64,000 bases of DNA, taken from contig CAYOOP010000005.1 in assembly GCA_964405685.1 (NCBI GenBank), positions 108,713 to 172,712 of the forward strand. The letters are read 5' to 3'. The translations under genes were made by a program, and so were the position numbers. This DNA is from an uncultured Rickettsiales bacterium. GTDB taxonomy: Bacteria > Pseudomonadota > Alphaproteobacteria > Rickettsiales > SXRF01. The notes under the pieces are model-generated. The model ran no database searches. It had not been told where the DNA came from and saw nothing but the letters and a program-made list of their open reading frames with translations. Below are positions 33,578 to 44,302 of this stretch, in pieces; position 1 is the first letter of the stretch, and each line of letters starts with the position of its first letter.

Positions 33578-34996
33578 ATGACCACATCCCCCATGAACAA
33601 AACAGGCACGCGCACGGAATCGGATTCGTTTGGCAATATCGAAGTTGCCTCCGACAAATATTGGGGTGCGCAGACGGAGCGTTCGCTTGGCAATTTTAAG
33701 ATCGGCGTGCAGACGATGCCGTTGCCGCTCATTCATGCGTTTGGGATTTTGAAAGCTTCGGCGGCGAAGGTGAACATGCAGCTTGGTGTGCTTGATAAAA
33801 CAATTGGTGAGACGATTGTGAAGGCGGCAACTGAAGTGGCCGACGGAAAGCTGGATGCGCATTTCCCGTTGGTGGTGTGGCAGACGGGTTCGGGTACGCA
33901 GACCAACATGAATGTGAATGAAGTGATTTCCAACCGCGCGATTGAGATGCTGGGTGGCGAGATGGGGTCCAAAAAACCCGTGCACCCGAATGACCATGTG
34001 AACATGGGGCAATCGAGTAACGATAGCTTTCCGACGGCGATGCATATTGCTGCGGTGCAAGAGGTGGAACACCGCTTACGTCCGGCGCTAAAACATTTGC
34101 ACGCCGCGCTTGAGGCGAAGACGAAAGAGTTTAAAGACATCATCAAAATCGGCCGCACGCATTTGCAGGATGCAACGCCGCTGACGCTTGGCCAGGAATT
34201 TTCAGGCTATGCGGCGCAGATTGAATATCTACTGAAAGTGATCAGCTTGGATGCAGCGGTGTACCCGGTGCTCGCGCTCGCGCAAGGCGGCACGGCGGTG
34301 GGCACGGGCCTAAACGCCAAAAAAGGGTTTGCGGAGGCGTTTGCGAAAGAAGTGGCGAGCGTGACGAAGCTGCCTTTCTTTTCTGCACCGAATAAGTTTT
34401 ATGCATTGGCAACGCACGACCCGCTGGTGACGCTTTCGGGGTTGCTGAATACGGCCGCGACCGCGCTGATGAAAATTGCCAATGATATTCGCTTGTTGGG
34501 CTCGGGCCCGCGCTGCGGTATTGGTGAGTTGAGCCTGCCAGAAAATGAACCGGGCTCTTCGATTATGCCGGGGAAAGTGAACCCAACGCAATCCGAAGCG
34601 ATGACGATGGTTGCGGCGCAAGTGATGGGCAACAATGTGGCGGTGACGATTGGCGGTTCCAATGGGCATTTTGAGCTCAACGTGTTCAAACCGGTGATCA
34701 TCCACAACGTACTGCAGTCGATTCGCTTATTGGCGGATGCATGCGTGAGCTTTACGGATAATTGTGTGGTGGGCATTGAAGCCAACAAAGAACGTATCAA
34801 CAAGCTGATGTATGAATCGCTGATGTTGGTGACGGCTTTGAATCCCCACATCGGTTATGACAACGCCGCAAAGATCGCCAAAAAAGCGCACAAAGAAGGC
34901 ACGAGTTTGAAAGAGGCGGGAATGGCGCTGGGCCTGCTTACCTCTGAGCAATTCGACCAGTGGGTGAAGCCGGAATCCATGCTGGGCGAACGCTAA
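33578..34996 (+). CDS. fumC: Class II fumarate hydratase
   Basis: Track ORF 33539..34996. Contains [16 protein letters not shown] and [11 protein letters not shown]. The start is ambiguous (33578 or 33593). Confidence 0.9.
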   Translation: MTTSPMNKTGTRTESDSFGNIEVASDKYWGAQTERSLGNFKIGVQTMPLPLIHAFGILKASAAKVNMQLGVLDKTIGETIVKAATEVADGKLDAHFPLVVWQTGSGTQTNMNVNEVISNRAIEMLGGEMGSKKPVHPNDHVNMGQSSNDSFPTAMHIAAVQEVEHRLRPALKHLHAALEAKTKEFKDIIKIGRTHLQDATPLTLGQEFSGYAAQIEYLLKVISLDAAVYPVLALAQGGTAVGTGLNAKKGFAEAFAKEVASVTKLPFFSAPNKFYALATHDPLVTLSGLLNTAATALMKIANDIRLLGSGPRCGIGELSLPENEPGSSIMPGKVNPTQSEAMTMVAAQVMGNNVAVTIGGSNGHFELNVFKPVIIHNVLQSIRLLADACVSFTDNCVVGIEANKERINKLMYESLMLVTALNPHIGYDNAAKIAKKAHKEGTSLKEAGMALGLLTSEQFDQWVKPESMLGER

Positions 34997-35039
34997 ACAA
35001 CCACTTGATTTTGCGACTAATCCATGATGTAAATGCACC

Positions 35040-37580
35040 ATGCGCTACGTCGACGAGAATGCTTCTAATCCCCGCGACTTCGTCCGCCGCCGGAAATTGC
35101 CGACGGTGTGGCAATACGTGCTCGTTTTCCTCGGATTCTATGGGTTGTTGATCGGTACCTTTGTGGTGGCGGGCACCACGCTTAATTTCACGGTGATTAC
35201 TCTGTTTTGGGTGGGCGCAATCGCGGCGCTTATTACGTTTACGATCCAAACCTCGCGCGATATTGTACTCGCCACCGAATACCAAAACTCCATTTTTGCA
35301 AGTGCGGTTGGTATCCAATCGCTTTTTACTATCATCGCTCGTGAAGACGGGTCGGTGATTTATTTCGACAAGGCGTTGCAAAAAATGTTTCCGGGCTTTA
35401 GCCGGTTTACGCAGCGGGATGTCGGCAAGTTCTTAGAAATCGCTGGGGCGTCGCCAGCGCATACGGACAGTGTACTCACTGCGGTGACGTCGATGCAACA
35501 TTTGCGCCAGTTGCTTGCGCTTAAGGATGGCAACGGCAATCCGGTGCAGGTGGTGCTCAACATCGAGCCGATTACGTACCCGGCTAAATTTGCGGTGTTG
35601 CGTGCACGGGAGTTTGTAGAGCGTGGAGGCGCGCCGAGCCACAGCGATATGGACCGCATGGCACCGTATTTAAGCTTCTTGCGTCAGGTGGCGGATAAGC
35701 TGCCGCTTGCCGTGATTGCAACGGATGCGGCGGGCGCTATCAATTACATCAATGCGCAGGCGGAAACACTCATTGGGTATACGCAAGGAATGCTTGCGCA
35801 GGCGCAGGTGGCGCTGGGTTCGATTGTTCGGCCGAAGCAAGGCGAACTGCGAGTGTACAACGGTGAAGCGGTTATCACGGGCCGTAGTGGAGAAGCGTTC
35901 TCGGCGCTGGTTGATATCAGCACCGTGGGCGATGACCGCACGAAGCCTGATGGTGTGGTGGCACTTATCTATCCGCCGCAACCCGTCACAACCGAAGCGA
36001 TGGCTGCGCCGGTAGTTGCAGATAGCACGATGGTGCGCGCGAGTGTAGAAAATGTGGAAGACTTTATCGCCAATGCGCCGATTGCGATTGTGCGGGTCAG
36101 TGCGAGTGGCGCTATTGCCTATGCCAACCGCGCCTTCCACGACCTCACGCAGAATTCCCTGCGCCATCAATTGCCGCGCAACATTGTGGATATCGTGACG
36201 GAAAGCAAACGGGTAGAAGCCGCTGATCAGTTCCGTAAGATTCTCAATTTCCACGCACCTAAAACGGCGATTCCATTGGAATTTACGCTCCCCAACCGCG
36301 CGCAGGTCGCGGTGTCCATGTATGTCAGCAAGTTGGCGCCGGGTGAAACGGTGCTGTATTTGATTGACGTCACCGAGCAGAAAAATCTGGAGCTGCGCTT
36401 CTCGCACTCGCAGAAAATGCAAGCGGTGGGTCAGCTCGCAGGCGGTGTGGCGCACGACTTTAACAACTTGCTCACCGCGATGATCGGCTTCTGCGATCTG
36501 CTGCTGATGCGCCATCCGGCAGGGGATCAATCGTTTGCCGACATCATGCAGGTGAAGCAAAATGCCAACCGTGCGGCCAATTTGGTGCGCCAGTTGCTCG
36601 CCTTCTCGCGTCGCCAAACCTTGCAGCCGAAAATGTTGGACGCGACCGATGTGCTGGCCGAGCTTTCGAATTTGATTCGCCGGTTGATCGGCGAAAACAT
36701 CGAACTCAAAATGGTGCACGGCCGCAATCTTGGTATGATCAAGGCGGACCAAGGGCAGCTGGAGCAGGTGATCATCAACCTCGCAGTGAATGCGCGCGAT
36801 GCGATGATAGGCGGTGGTGTGCTTTCGATTACGACGACACTGGCGATGGTGCAGGGCGACCATAACCTGCCGAGCGATTACATTGCGCCTTCTGAGGAAG
36901 ATGCGGCGATTCCTGCGGGTGAATATATCGTGATTGAAGTTACTGATACCGGCACCGGTATTCCGCCGGATGTGGTACAGAAAATTTTTGAACCGTTCTT
37001 CTCCACCAAAGAAGTGGGCTCTGGTACTGGGCTTGGGTTATCCACGGTATATGGCATCATCAAGCAAACCGGCGGCAATATTTACGTGCGGAGCAAAGAA
37101 GGCCAGGGCACGTCGTTCTTCCTCTATTTCCCACGGTTCAAAGCCGAAGCAACCGAAGTGCGCGCGCAGGTGGATGCCGAAGCGGCGTCCGACAAGCAAG
37201 GCGGCGATTTGACTGGCATCGGCACGATTTTATTGGTGGAAGACGAAACGCCAGTGCGCACCTTCGCGGCACGGGCGCTCCGCAACAAAGGTTATACGGT
37301 GATGGAAGCCGATTGCGGCGAAACGGGGCTCGAGATGGTGCGCAACCACGGCACGTTTGATTTGATTATTACCGACGTGATCATGCCGGGCATGAACGGC
37401 CCTTCGATGATCGAGCGCATTATGCAAAATCATTCCGACATTAAAGTGATCTTTATTTCCGGCTACGCCGAGGACGTGTTCATGCACAGTTACGGCGCTG
37501 AGCGCAGCTTCAATTTCCTCGCCAAACCTTTCACGCTGAAGCAGCTGGCGAGCAAGGTTAAAGAAGTGCTTTCGCGCTGA
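35040..37580 (+). CDS. cckA: Hybrid sensor histidine kinase/response regulator, CckA-like
   Basis: 846 aa: TM N-terminus, PAS-like regions, GGVAHDFNNLLTAMIGFCDLL...IMQVKQNANRAANLVRQLLAFSRRQ (as I recall the CckA DHp region), HATPase and a C-terminal receiver (ILLVEDE...DLIITDVIMPGMNG). Confidence 0.7.
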   Translation: MRYVDENASNPRDFVRRRKLPTVWQYVLVFLGFYGLLIGTFVVAGTTLNFTVITLFWVGAIAALITFTIQTSRDIVLATEYQNSIFASAVGIQSLFTIIAREDGSVIYFDKALQKMFPGFSRFTQRDVGKFLEIAGASPAHTDSVLTAVTSMQHLRQLLALKDGNGNPVQVVLNIEPITYPAKFAVLRAREFVERGGAPSHSDMDRMAPYLSFLRQVADKLPLAVIATDAAGAINYINAQAETLIGYTQGMLAQAQVALGSIVRPKQGELRVYNGEAVITGRSGEAFSALVDISTVGDDRTKPDGVVALIYPPQPVTTEAMAAPVVADSTMVRASVENVEDFIANAPIAIVRVSASGAIAYANRAFHDLTQNSLRHQLPRNIVDIVTESKRVEAADQFRKILNFHAPKTAIPLEFTLPNRAQVAVSMYVSKLAPGETVLYLIDVTEQKNLELRFSHSQKMQAVGQLAGGVAHDFNNLLTAMIGFCDLLLMRHPAGDQSFADIMQVKQNANRAANLVRQLLAFSRRQTLQPKMLDATDVLAELSNLIRRLIGENIELKMVHGRNLGMIKADQGQLEQVIINLAVNARDAMIGGGVLSITTTLAMVQGDHNLPSDYIAPSEEDAAIPAGEYIVIEVTDTGTGIPPDVVQKIFEPFFSTKEVGSGTGLGLSTVYGIIKQTGGNIYVRSKEGQGTSFFLYFPRFKAEATEVRAQVDAEAASDKQGGDLTGIGTILLVEDETPVRTFAARALRNKGYTVMEADCGETGLEMVRNHGTFDLIITDVIMPGMNGPSMIERIMQNHSDIKVIFISGYAEDVFMHSYGAERSFNFLAKPFTLKQLASKVKEVLSR

Positions 37581-38203
37581 TGTGGAATGGCCCGGTCGAT
37601 AATTATTGCGAACGTTTGACGCCAGATTTGCTGGCGGAGCCGCTTAATTTTGTAAGTAACGCAGCGTTTTTAATCGCGGCCTATGCTTTATGGAAATTGT
37701 ATCGCAAGCAACCTCAACGCGCGCCGCTAGTTTTGTTGCTGATTGTGCTCATTGCCGTGGTCGGGGTGGGCAGTGCGTTGTTTCACTCGTTTGGCAATAC
37801 GCTGACGCTGTTTATGGATATCGTTCCCATTCTTGTGTTCCTCTCCACTTATGTTTTTGCCTATGTACGGTTGATGTTACAAAAATCGGTGGGGATGGCT
37901 TGGGGTGCGATGGTGTTGTTTGTGCTGCTTAATACCTATGCTGTAGCGGCGATTCCTGCGTCTTATCAGTTTAACGGAACGTCGGGTTATTTTGTTGCTT
38001 ATGTGGTGCTGATTCTGATGGCGATGAAATATACGCCGCTTTGGTGCGCGGTGACAATTTTTACGGTGTCGATGGTGTTTCGCAGCCTTGATATGCAGCT
38101 GTGCGATGCATGGCCGTTGGGCACGCATTTCTTGTGGCACGCGCTCAATGGCATCACGCTCTATCTGGCGGTGAAAGCATTGATGGGAAAGCCCGCCACA
38201 TGA
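37580..38203 (+). CDS. Ceramidase-like multi-TM membrane protein
   Basis: 207 aa with about 6 TM helices and an N-terminal YCE...EPLNFVSN pattern, as in the alkaline ceramidase/PAQR-like family. Weak call. Confidence 0.4.
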   Translation: MWNGPVDNYCERLTPDLLAEPLNFVSNAAFLIAAYALWKLYRKQPQRAPLVLLLIVLIAVVGVGSALFHSFGNTLTLFMDIVPILVFLSTYVFAYVRLMLQKSVGMAWGAMVLFVLLNTYAVAAIPASYQFNGTSGYFVAYVVLILMAMKYTPLWCAVTIFTVSMVFRSLDMQLCDAWPLGTHFLWHALNGITLYLAVKALMGKPAT

Positions 38204-38865
38204 GCACGTTTTTTATCACCTCCAGCGGTACCGGCGTGGGTAAAACCTTGGTGACAGCAGCACTGGTGCACCAGCTTAAAGGGCAGGGCGTGGTGGCGCT
38301 TAAACCGGTGATTAGCGGATATGATGCGACGGATGAAACATCAGACACCGCGGTGTTGCTAAAAGCACAAGGCCTTGCCGCGACGCCGGAGAATATTCAC
38401 CGCGTTTCGCCGTTTCGGCTTAAAGCCCCGCTTTCACCGAATATCGCCGCAGAGCGCGAAGGCAAAACACTGGCGCTGGCGGATATTGTTGCGCATTGCC
38501 AGGGAGAAAAAGGTGCGTGTATTACGTTGATAGAAGGCGTAGGCGGGGTGATGGCACCGCTCAATAATCGTGCGACGGTGCTTGATTGGATGCATGCGCT
38601 AAAGGCACCGGTGATCTTGGTGGTGGGGAGTTATTTGGGGTCCATTAGCCATGCACTCACCGCTTTTGCTGCGCTGCAACAAAAAGAGATAAAAATTGCA
38701 GGGGTGGTGGTAAGTCAATCGCTCGAAGAGCCACTGCCGCTGGCGGAAACGGTGCAGACATTGCAGCAATTCATAGCAGTGCCAATGGTCACATTGCCGC
38801 GCGTGAACGTGTCGCCTGCGTATCAACATTGTCCGGAGTTGGTGGGGTTATGCAAAAACTTCTAG
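38200..38865 (+). CDS. bioD: Dethiobiotin synthase
   Basis: Track ORF 38101..38865 trimmed to MSTFFITSSGTGVGKT (P-loop). IEGVGGVMAP is present. ATGA overlap with the upstream stop. Confidence 0.7.
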   Translation: MSTFFITSSGTGVGKTLVTAALVHQLKGQGVVALKPVISGYDATDETSDTAVLLKAQGLAATPENIHRVSPFRLKAPLSPNIAAEREGKTLALADIVAHCQGEKGACITLIEGVGGVMAPLNNRATVLDWMHALKAPVILVVGSYLGSISHALTAFAALQQKEIKIAGVVVSQSLEEPLPLAETVQTLQQFIAVPMVTLPRVNVSPAYQHCPELVGLCKNF

Positions 38866-39383
38866 AGCTCTTAAACAGGGCCGAAGCTTTTAGCAAAAAA
38901 CAGCGCGAGCGGGCGCGGGAGCGCCGCAAACGGCCGATGTCGCCGTTTGGTGTAGGCTATGGCTCGTTTCATGAACGCATGATTGCGGCGATGGTCGATT
39001 TGCTGCTGGTTAGTTTCGTGACGACGCCGCTGATGCAGCCTCCCATCAACGCGGAGGTCTGGGCGATGAATTCCTTGGTGCAAGCGGTGGTGATTGGAAC
39101 GTATTGCCTCACCTGGTGGTATTTCTACGCGGCGACGCCGGGGAAGATGATTTTCCGTCTGCACATCGTCGATATGAAAACCGGATTGCCGATCAAGCGC
39201 CCGCAGGCAATGAAGCGTATCGTGGCCTACGTGCTATCCACGGTTTCTATCATCGGGATTTTCTGGATGCTATGGAACAAAGACCGTCGTTGTCTGCATG
39301 ATCTTATCGCAGAAACGGCGGTGGTGAAACGGCCAAAAACGTCATTGCGAGGAGGTGAAACCGACGCGGCAATCCAGCCCTGA
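38850..39383 (+). CDS. RDD-family membrane protein with a MITE-encoded C-terminal tail
   Basis: TM-rich protein with a WNKDRRCLHDLIAETAV (RDD-type) motif. The last 14 aa (SLRGGETDAAIQP) are encoded by repeat B2. Confidence 0.55.
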   Translation: MQKLLELLNRAEAFSKKQRERARERRKRPMSPFGVGYGSFHERMIAAMVDLLLVSFVTTPLMQPPINAEVWAMNSLVQAVVIGTYCLTWWYFYAATPGKMIFRLHIVDMKTGLPIKRPQAMKRIVAYVLSTVSIIGIFWMLWNKDRRCLHDLIAETAVVKRPKTSLRGGETDAAIQP

Positions 39384-39433
39384 GGCTAGGAGAGATTCTG
39401 GATTGCTTCGTCGCTACGCTTCTCGCAATGACG
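39340..39433. repeat. MITE-like palindromic element, family B, copy 2
   Basis: CGTCATTGCGAGGAGG ... CTCGCAATGACG. Homologous to 6761-6848. Ends 1 nt before the tatA stop codon. Confidence 0.75.
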
Positions 39434-39434
39434 T

Positions 39435-39605
39435 TTATTTTTTCTCAGAATCCTGCGTAATGGTCTTGTCGTCTTCCTTCAGGCCCTCGCGCAAGTTGCG
39501 CACGCCTTTGCCGATGTCGCCCATCACGCGCGGGAGTTTGCCGGCGCCGAAGATGACGAAGATGATGATCAGCAGCAGTAGCAAGTGTGAGAAGCTCATG
39601 CCCAT
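39435..39605 (-). CDS. tatA: Twin-arginine translocase subunit TatA/E
   Basis: Hand-translated 56-aa ORF, below the track cutoff: [51 protein letters not shown] lies upstream. The start may be the second ATG at 39599. Confidence 0.75.
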   Translation of the reverse strand: MGMSFSHLLLLLIIIFVIFGAGKLPRVMGDIGKGVRNLREGLKEDDKTITQDSEKK

Positions 39606-39670
39606 AAGGCCTCCTGGTAATGTTTCGTTAAACGTCCCCTGCTATATAACGTAAGCAAAGGGGTTCACCA

Positions 39671-40162
39671 ATGATTTTATTTGCCGCTTTGGTTCTGCTG
39701 ATGGTGCTGGTGGTGGTGTATGACGCCACGCGCTATATTATTCCCAATTGGCTCAATGGCCTGGTGTTACTGCTATACCCGTTCCATGTAGCGACCGCAA
39801 CGGTTGCGATCGACTGGCGGATGGCCTTGCTTGGCATGCTGGTGATGTTTGTGGTCGGGTTTTTCACGTATGCGATGAAGTGGATGGGCGCGGGGGATGT
39901 GAAGCTCTTAGCCGCACTCGCGCCCTGGGTTGGCTGGGGGAAGGGTTTGCTTGAATATGCGCTTTATGTGGCCGTTGCCGGAGGCGCGCTTTCGCTGGCG
40001 CTGATACTGATCCGCAAGCTCATCCCCTGGATCATGAAATTGCCCGACCACCCCTACACTAAAATACTTCGTGAAGGTTCGCCTGTGCCTTATGGCCTGG
40101 CAATCGCCGGGGTTTTCCTCGGGTTTTTATTGACCGCGCGCATTCCGGGAATCGCGTACTAA
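39671..40162 (+). CDS. cpaA: A24-family prepilin peptidase (CpaA/TadV type)
   Basis: 163 aa, polytopic, with catalytic Asp contexts VYDATRYIIPN and GAGDVKLLAAL. Confidence 0.7.
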   Translation: MILFAALVLLMVLVVVYDATRYIIPNWLNGLVLLLYPFHVATATVAIDWRMALLGMLVMFVVGFFTYAMKWMGAGDVKLLAALAPWVGWGKGLLEYALYVAVAGGALSLALILIRKLIPWIMKLPDHPYTKILREGSPVPYGLAIAGVFLGFLLTARIPGIAY

Positions 40163-40270
40163 CCCCATTTGTCATCATATTGTAACTTTCCTTTTACTAT
40201 CGGTTGGTGCATTGCCTATAGGCGTGCCAAGATTTCTGGGGCTAATTAATAACAAAATTGAGGGGATACT

Positions 40271-41605
40271 ATGTTTACAACTACAGAAACATTTGCCGTT
40301 CCAGCCGATAAAATGACCGCTGCGGCAACGCTGCCAACTGATTGGCAGGAAGCCACACTGATTGGCCGCGTTATGACTAAGGATGGTCCATCTGTTGTAT
40401 TTGTGCGTGAGGACGGTAAGGTAGTGGATATTACCAAATCCTATCCAACCACCACCGATTTATTTGAAGAAGAAGACCCTGCGGCACAGGCACGTCGTGC
40501 AGCACTTACGGGACAGGTGATTGGTAATGTTGATGATATTATTGCAAACTCTTCTGTGCGCGATCCCAATAAGCCTTATATGCTCGCTCCCACAGACTAT
40601 CAGGAAATACACGCTGCCGGTGTTACCTTTACGAAGTCCATGATTGAGCGGATTATTGAGGAGGCAGCAACACTAAAAGCGACGGGCCCCGATGGTAAGA
40701 TTGATGATGCCAAATTGGACACGCTACGCGACGAAATTAATGCACAAGTCCAAGCAATCGTAGGAGAAGGAAAGAAATTCTCTGATGTAAAACCAGGTTC
40801 TCCTGAAGCTATTAGAATATTGCAAGAAATGCTAAAGCAAGGCATCTCCAAACATTACCCTCAAGTTGGACTGGGTGAAGAGGGTGAAGAATTTTGTAAA
40901 GCGGTGACTGCCGTGGGGCATGGTGCACAAGCAGGATATACGACTCCAAAAGAGGGCATTGATTCTTGGGTTAACCCCGAACCGGAAGTGGTCCTTGTTG
41001 CCAACTCAAAAGGAAAGATTGTTGGTGCTGCAGCAGGTAACGATGGTAATGACAGGGACAAAGAGGGCAGATCACTGGCCTATCTATACCGTGCCAAAGT
41101 TGTCAATGGCAGCACAGTCATTGGCCCGTTTATTCGCGTATTTGATAAAGATTTTAATCTGGATTCAATCCGTAACACGGAGGTTTCACTGAAAGTAACA
41201 CGTCAAGATGGCAGTGTTAAATTTGAAGGCAAAAACAGAATGGGTGAGATGACACGCGAGCCGAAAGATATTGTAGCCGCCGCCTTTGATGCGGAACGCC
41301 AACACCCCGAAGGGTTAGCCATATTCTTAGGCACGTCGATTATTCCTGAAAAAGATGACAGAGGAAATAAATTCACTCATGAACCTGGCGATATCGTGAC
41401 TATTGGAACGCCTGAACTTGGTCATTTTACCAATGTTATGCTGCCCGCTAATAGAGTGCAGGGTTTAGAACAAGGACCCTTGGCGCGTGCTCGTAACCTT
41501 GCCCAACGTAATTTGCTGCTACAAGAAACCCTACAAAAAACCACGTCTTATGCCGAAAATTGGGGTAGCAAACGCGGCGATGATTTAGCGGTGCATCTTT
41601 TGTAA
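40271..41605 (+). CDS. Fumarylacetoacetate hydrolase (FAH)-family protein
   Basis: 444 aa, appears AT-richer. C-terminal half has NPEPEVVLV...GNDGNDRD...IGPFI...GDIVTIGTPELG, consistent with the FAH fold and its metal ligands. Confidence 0.5.
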   Translation: MFTTTETFAVPADKMTAAATLPTDWQEATLIGRVMTKDGPSVVFVREDGKVVDITKSYPTTTDLFEEEDPAAQARRAALTGQVIGNVDDIIANSSVRDPNKPYMLAPTDYQEIHAAGVTFTKSMIERIIEEAATLKATGPDGKIDDAKLDTLRDEINAQVQAIVGEGKKFSDVKPGSPEAIRILQEMLKQGISKHYPQVGLGEEGEEFCKAVTAVGHGAQAGYTTPKEGIDSWVNPEPEVVLVANSKGKIVGAAAGNDGNDRDKEGRSLAYLYRAKVVNGSTVIGPFIRVFDKDFNLDSIRNTEVSLKVTRQDGSVKFEGKNRMGEMTREPKDIVAAAFDAERQHPEGLAIFLGTSIIPEKDDRGNKFTHEPGDIVTIGTPELGHFTNVMLPANRVQGLEQGPLARARNLAQRNLLLQETLQKTTSYAENWGSKRGDDLAVHLL

Positions 41606-41611
41606 TACCGT

Positions 41612-44254
41612 TTACTGCCCGACAATCCGCTTAGCGACGAACGCTTCGAGAGAGGCGGTGTCGGTGCGGACCGTGTAGGCTTCGATGGGGCCAGCGATGT
41701 TGAGGCCGAAGGTGGACATGGTGGTGGCGCCCAGTTGCGGGAATTGGAATTTGGCGTCGAGGTTCATTTTCCAGGGGAGCAGTTCGATCTGCCCGCCAAT
41801 GACGCCCGTGGTTTGCGTGGTGGTGGTAAGGCCGAGGCCGGGGGTTTTGAAGATGGCTTGTTGCAGGTTGATGTTGCCGTCGACGCTGAATTCGCTGGTG
41901 CCGCTGCTTACCATTTGTTCTACACCTTTGACCACATCTCCCGTGTTGCGGGCGGCTTGCGTGGTTTCCAAAATGCCTTGCAGATTAAAGCCGGGCACAC
42001 GCACGCCGCGCGCGGTGACGGTAGCGCGCATATTCGCTTGCTTCAACCATTCGAGGAAATTGATGCCCGAGGTGGTGACGTTACCACTGACGTTTGCCCG
42101 GCCGGTGATGGAAGAAGGCAGCGCGAAGCGTTGCAGCAGATCTTCCACATGGATGTTGTAGAGGGCAAAATTGCATGAAAGCGCCGGTACTTTTCCACCG
42201 GTGATATTGCCGTTCATCGATATTTGGCCACCTAATATGTTGAACCCAAAATTCTGGATTTGCAGTTGCTGGTCTTTCAGCGTCGCTTTGGCTTTGAAAA
42301 AGCCGTAGGTGGTATCCTCCAGTTTGAAGTCAGCAATGTTGATATCAAATTCGCCATCCAGCAAATCTGTCCATGAGAAATCAAACAACTCTTCAGAAAA
42401 ACGCGAGGTTTTATTGGTGGGGTCGATCCATGGTCTGGAAGGTTTGTCGCCCTCCAGCTTGGTATAGGCCGAATCAAAAAACGGGGCGGCGAGAATAAGT
42501 GTAAGCCGTGGGCGTGGACCGCTGGCATTCAGTGTCACCGTGCTGCGCAGCGTGCCTTCGGGGAGCCCCAGTTCAATATTGCTGAGTGAAAGCTCGCCGG
42601 GCTTGGCAATGATGTGCATATTGCCGATGGTGCCGGTGCGGTCTAAGAAGGTAAAGCCGTCTAACCAGACGTTTAAATCAATAATGCCGGTGAGCCGTTT
42701 AAGCCACTGGAACTCGTTGCCGTTTAGGAGCGAAAGCTTGTAGGTGCCGCCGGCGCTTTCCTGCTTCGCTTTGCGCCAGGCGTTGCGGAAGTAATCAAGA
42801 TTAACGCCCTTGATGCGGATTTCTGCTTCCGAGCGGGTGATGTTTTCAAAATAGGTGGAAAGGCCGCCGGTGAAATTAATATCCCCCAGTTTGACTGCCG
42901 CTTCTGATACGCGGAATTGTTCGTTTGACCAGAAAATATTACTCGCCAAGCTATATTCGCCCAGGTTTTCATCAGGCAGGCTAGTGGCGGTGGGTTCAAA
43001 GCTGGCCAAAAATGCTTTTAAGCTTTTACCTTCGAGCAATCCTTTGCCTTCGATGCGTGCACCGAGTGCGCGGTCGGTGTAACGGCCGTTGAAGGTGAAC
43101 ACAGAACCGTCTTCGGTGGCCACGCTGATATCGCGCAGTGTGATATCAATACCGCCATATTCGACATTGGCGCTCGCGTCTTTCAAGGTGCGTGTACCAA
43201 GCGTTAATGCGGTGGTTTTAGCGAGGACGATGATGTCATAATCCTCTTTCACCACCTCGTTGCTATCCGCCGCTGGGCGGGAGGCTTTGAGTAGGTTGGC
43301 AACAATCGGCGTAAATGGTGTAAGGTTAAACGTATCCGCCTGTACATCCACCGCCAGGGTCGGCAAACCGCGTAGTGCCCCGTAGGCGGAAATCCTGCCT
43401 TTAGCGCCGCCAATGGTTGCATCCGCGCTGTGAAGCCACAGTTCACCATTGCCTAAGGTCGCATCGCCTTTCACGTCGAGGGTTTGGGTAGGATTGCTTT
43501 TTTCAGGTTGTTTTGCGGATTCGACTTTGGGAATCCAGGTGCTTAAATTTGTGTGTAATGAGAATGTACCAGGTGTTTCGCCACCTGCTGCGGGTAGGGT
43601 ACCGCTGAATTCGGCGTGGCTACCGTCTTTGGTTGCGAGAGTGATCGTAAGCGGTTGCCCGGCGTCTAGCCCGCTGGTGATGTTGAGGGTAGCCTCTCGC
43701 TCTGAGGTGCGGCCTTGGAGGGAGAGATTGAGCGATGAAGCTTCACATTTCAACACGCCGTTGACGGTCTCTACCCGCGTGATTGCATCGCTGCCGGCGC
43801 GTTGCAGGTTCACCTCGCCGTTTTGAACTGTAAATACCCCCGGCATGGCGCAGAGTTGCTTGAGAGCGGGTTGCAACGAAGTATCAGCTTCAACGAGGTT
43901 AAACGTCGGACTGCCCAGTACAATCGCCGGGTGCTTGCCACCGGAAAACAGCCCAGCCCAGCCGAGATTGAGTTTCCCGGTGCGGGCGGAGAGGATGGGT
44001 TTGTCATCCCCAATCGTAATATCACTCAGTGCCACATGCGGTGAGGGGAAGGGGGAAATACCGCCCTGAATAGTCAATTTCACAGGCACGCCGCTCGCCT
44101 TGGAAAGTGACTCGATCAGGCTGGTTTGCAAATGCTCTTTATTCACAAACATCGGTGCGACAAAAGCCGCAACCAGCAATAGCGCCAGCGCGCCTAACAC
44201 CGGCTTCACATAAGGAATTTTGGGCGGGAATTTCAATTGTTTGAGCGGGGGCAT
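41612..44254 (-). CDS. AsmA-family outer-membrane biogenesis protein
   Basis: 880 aa with a single N-terminal TM helix, then a long beta-rich repetitive periplasmic region of AsmA-like composition. Confidence 0.6.
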   Translation of the reverse strand: MPPLKQLKFPPKIPYVKPVLGALALLLVAAFVAPMFVNKEHLQTSLIESLSKASGVPVKLTIQGGISPFPSPHVALSDITIGDDKPILSARTGKLNLGWAGLFSGGKHPAIVLGSPTFNLVEADTSLQPALKQLCAMPGVFTVQNGEVNLQRAGSDAITRVETVNGVLKCEASSLNLSLQGRTSEREATLNITSGLDAGQPLTITLATKDGSHAEFSGTLPAAGGETPGTFSLHTNLSTWIPKVESAKQPEKSNPTQTLDVKGDATLGNGELWLHSADATIGGAKGRISAYGALRGLPTLAVDVQADTFNLTPFTPIVANLLKASRPAADSNEVVKEDYDIIVLAKTTALTLGTRTLKDASANVEYGGIDITLRDISVATEDGSVFTFNGRYTDRALGARIEGKGLLEGKSLKAFLASFEPTATSLPDENLGEYSLASNIFWSNEQFRVSEAAVKLGDINFTGGLSTYFENITRSEAEIRIKGVNLDYFRNAWRKAKQESAGGTYKLSLLNGNEFQWLKRLTGIIDLNVWLDGFTFLDRTGTIGNMHIIAKPGELSLSNIELGLPEGTLRSTVTLNASGPRPRLTLILAAPFFDSAYTKLEGDKPSRPWIDPTNKTSRFSEELFDFSWTDLLDGEFDINIADFKLEDTTYGFFKAKATLKDQQLQIQNFGFNILGGQISMNGNITGGKVPALSCNFALYNIHVEDLLQRFALPSSITGRANVSGNVTTSGINFLEWLKQANMRATVTARGVRVPGFNLQGILETTQAARNTGDVVKGVEQMVSSGTSEFSVDGNINLQQAIFKTPGLGLTTTTQTTGVIGGQIELLPWKMNLDAKFQFPQLGATTMSTFGLNIAGPIEAYTVRTDTASLEAFVAKRIVGQ

Positions 44255-44302
44255 ACTCCATAAAGTTACACCAAAACCCCATCTGATGACAAGGTGTTGT
44301 AT

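Noticed and set aside
38101-38199. Upstream extension of bioD
   Set aside because: It overlaps the ceramidase-like ORF. The BioD P-loop N-terminus (MSTFFITSSGTGVGKT) starts at 38200 with an ATGA overlap.
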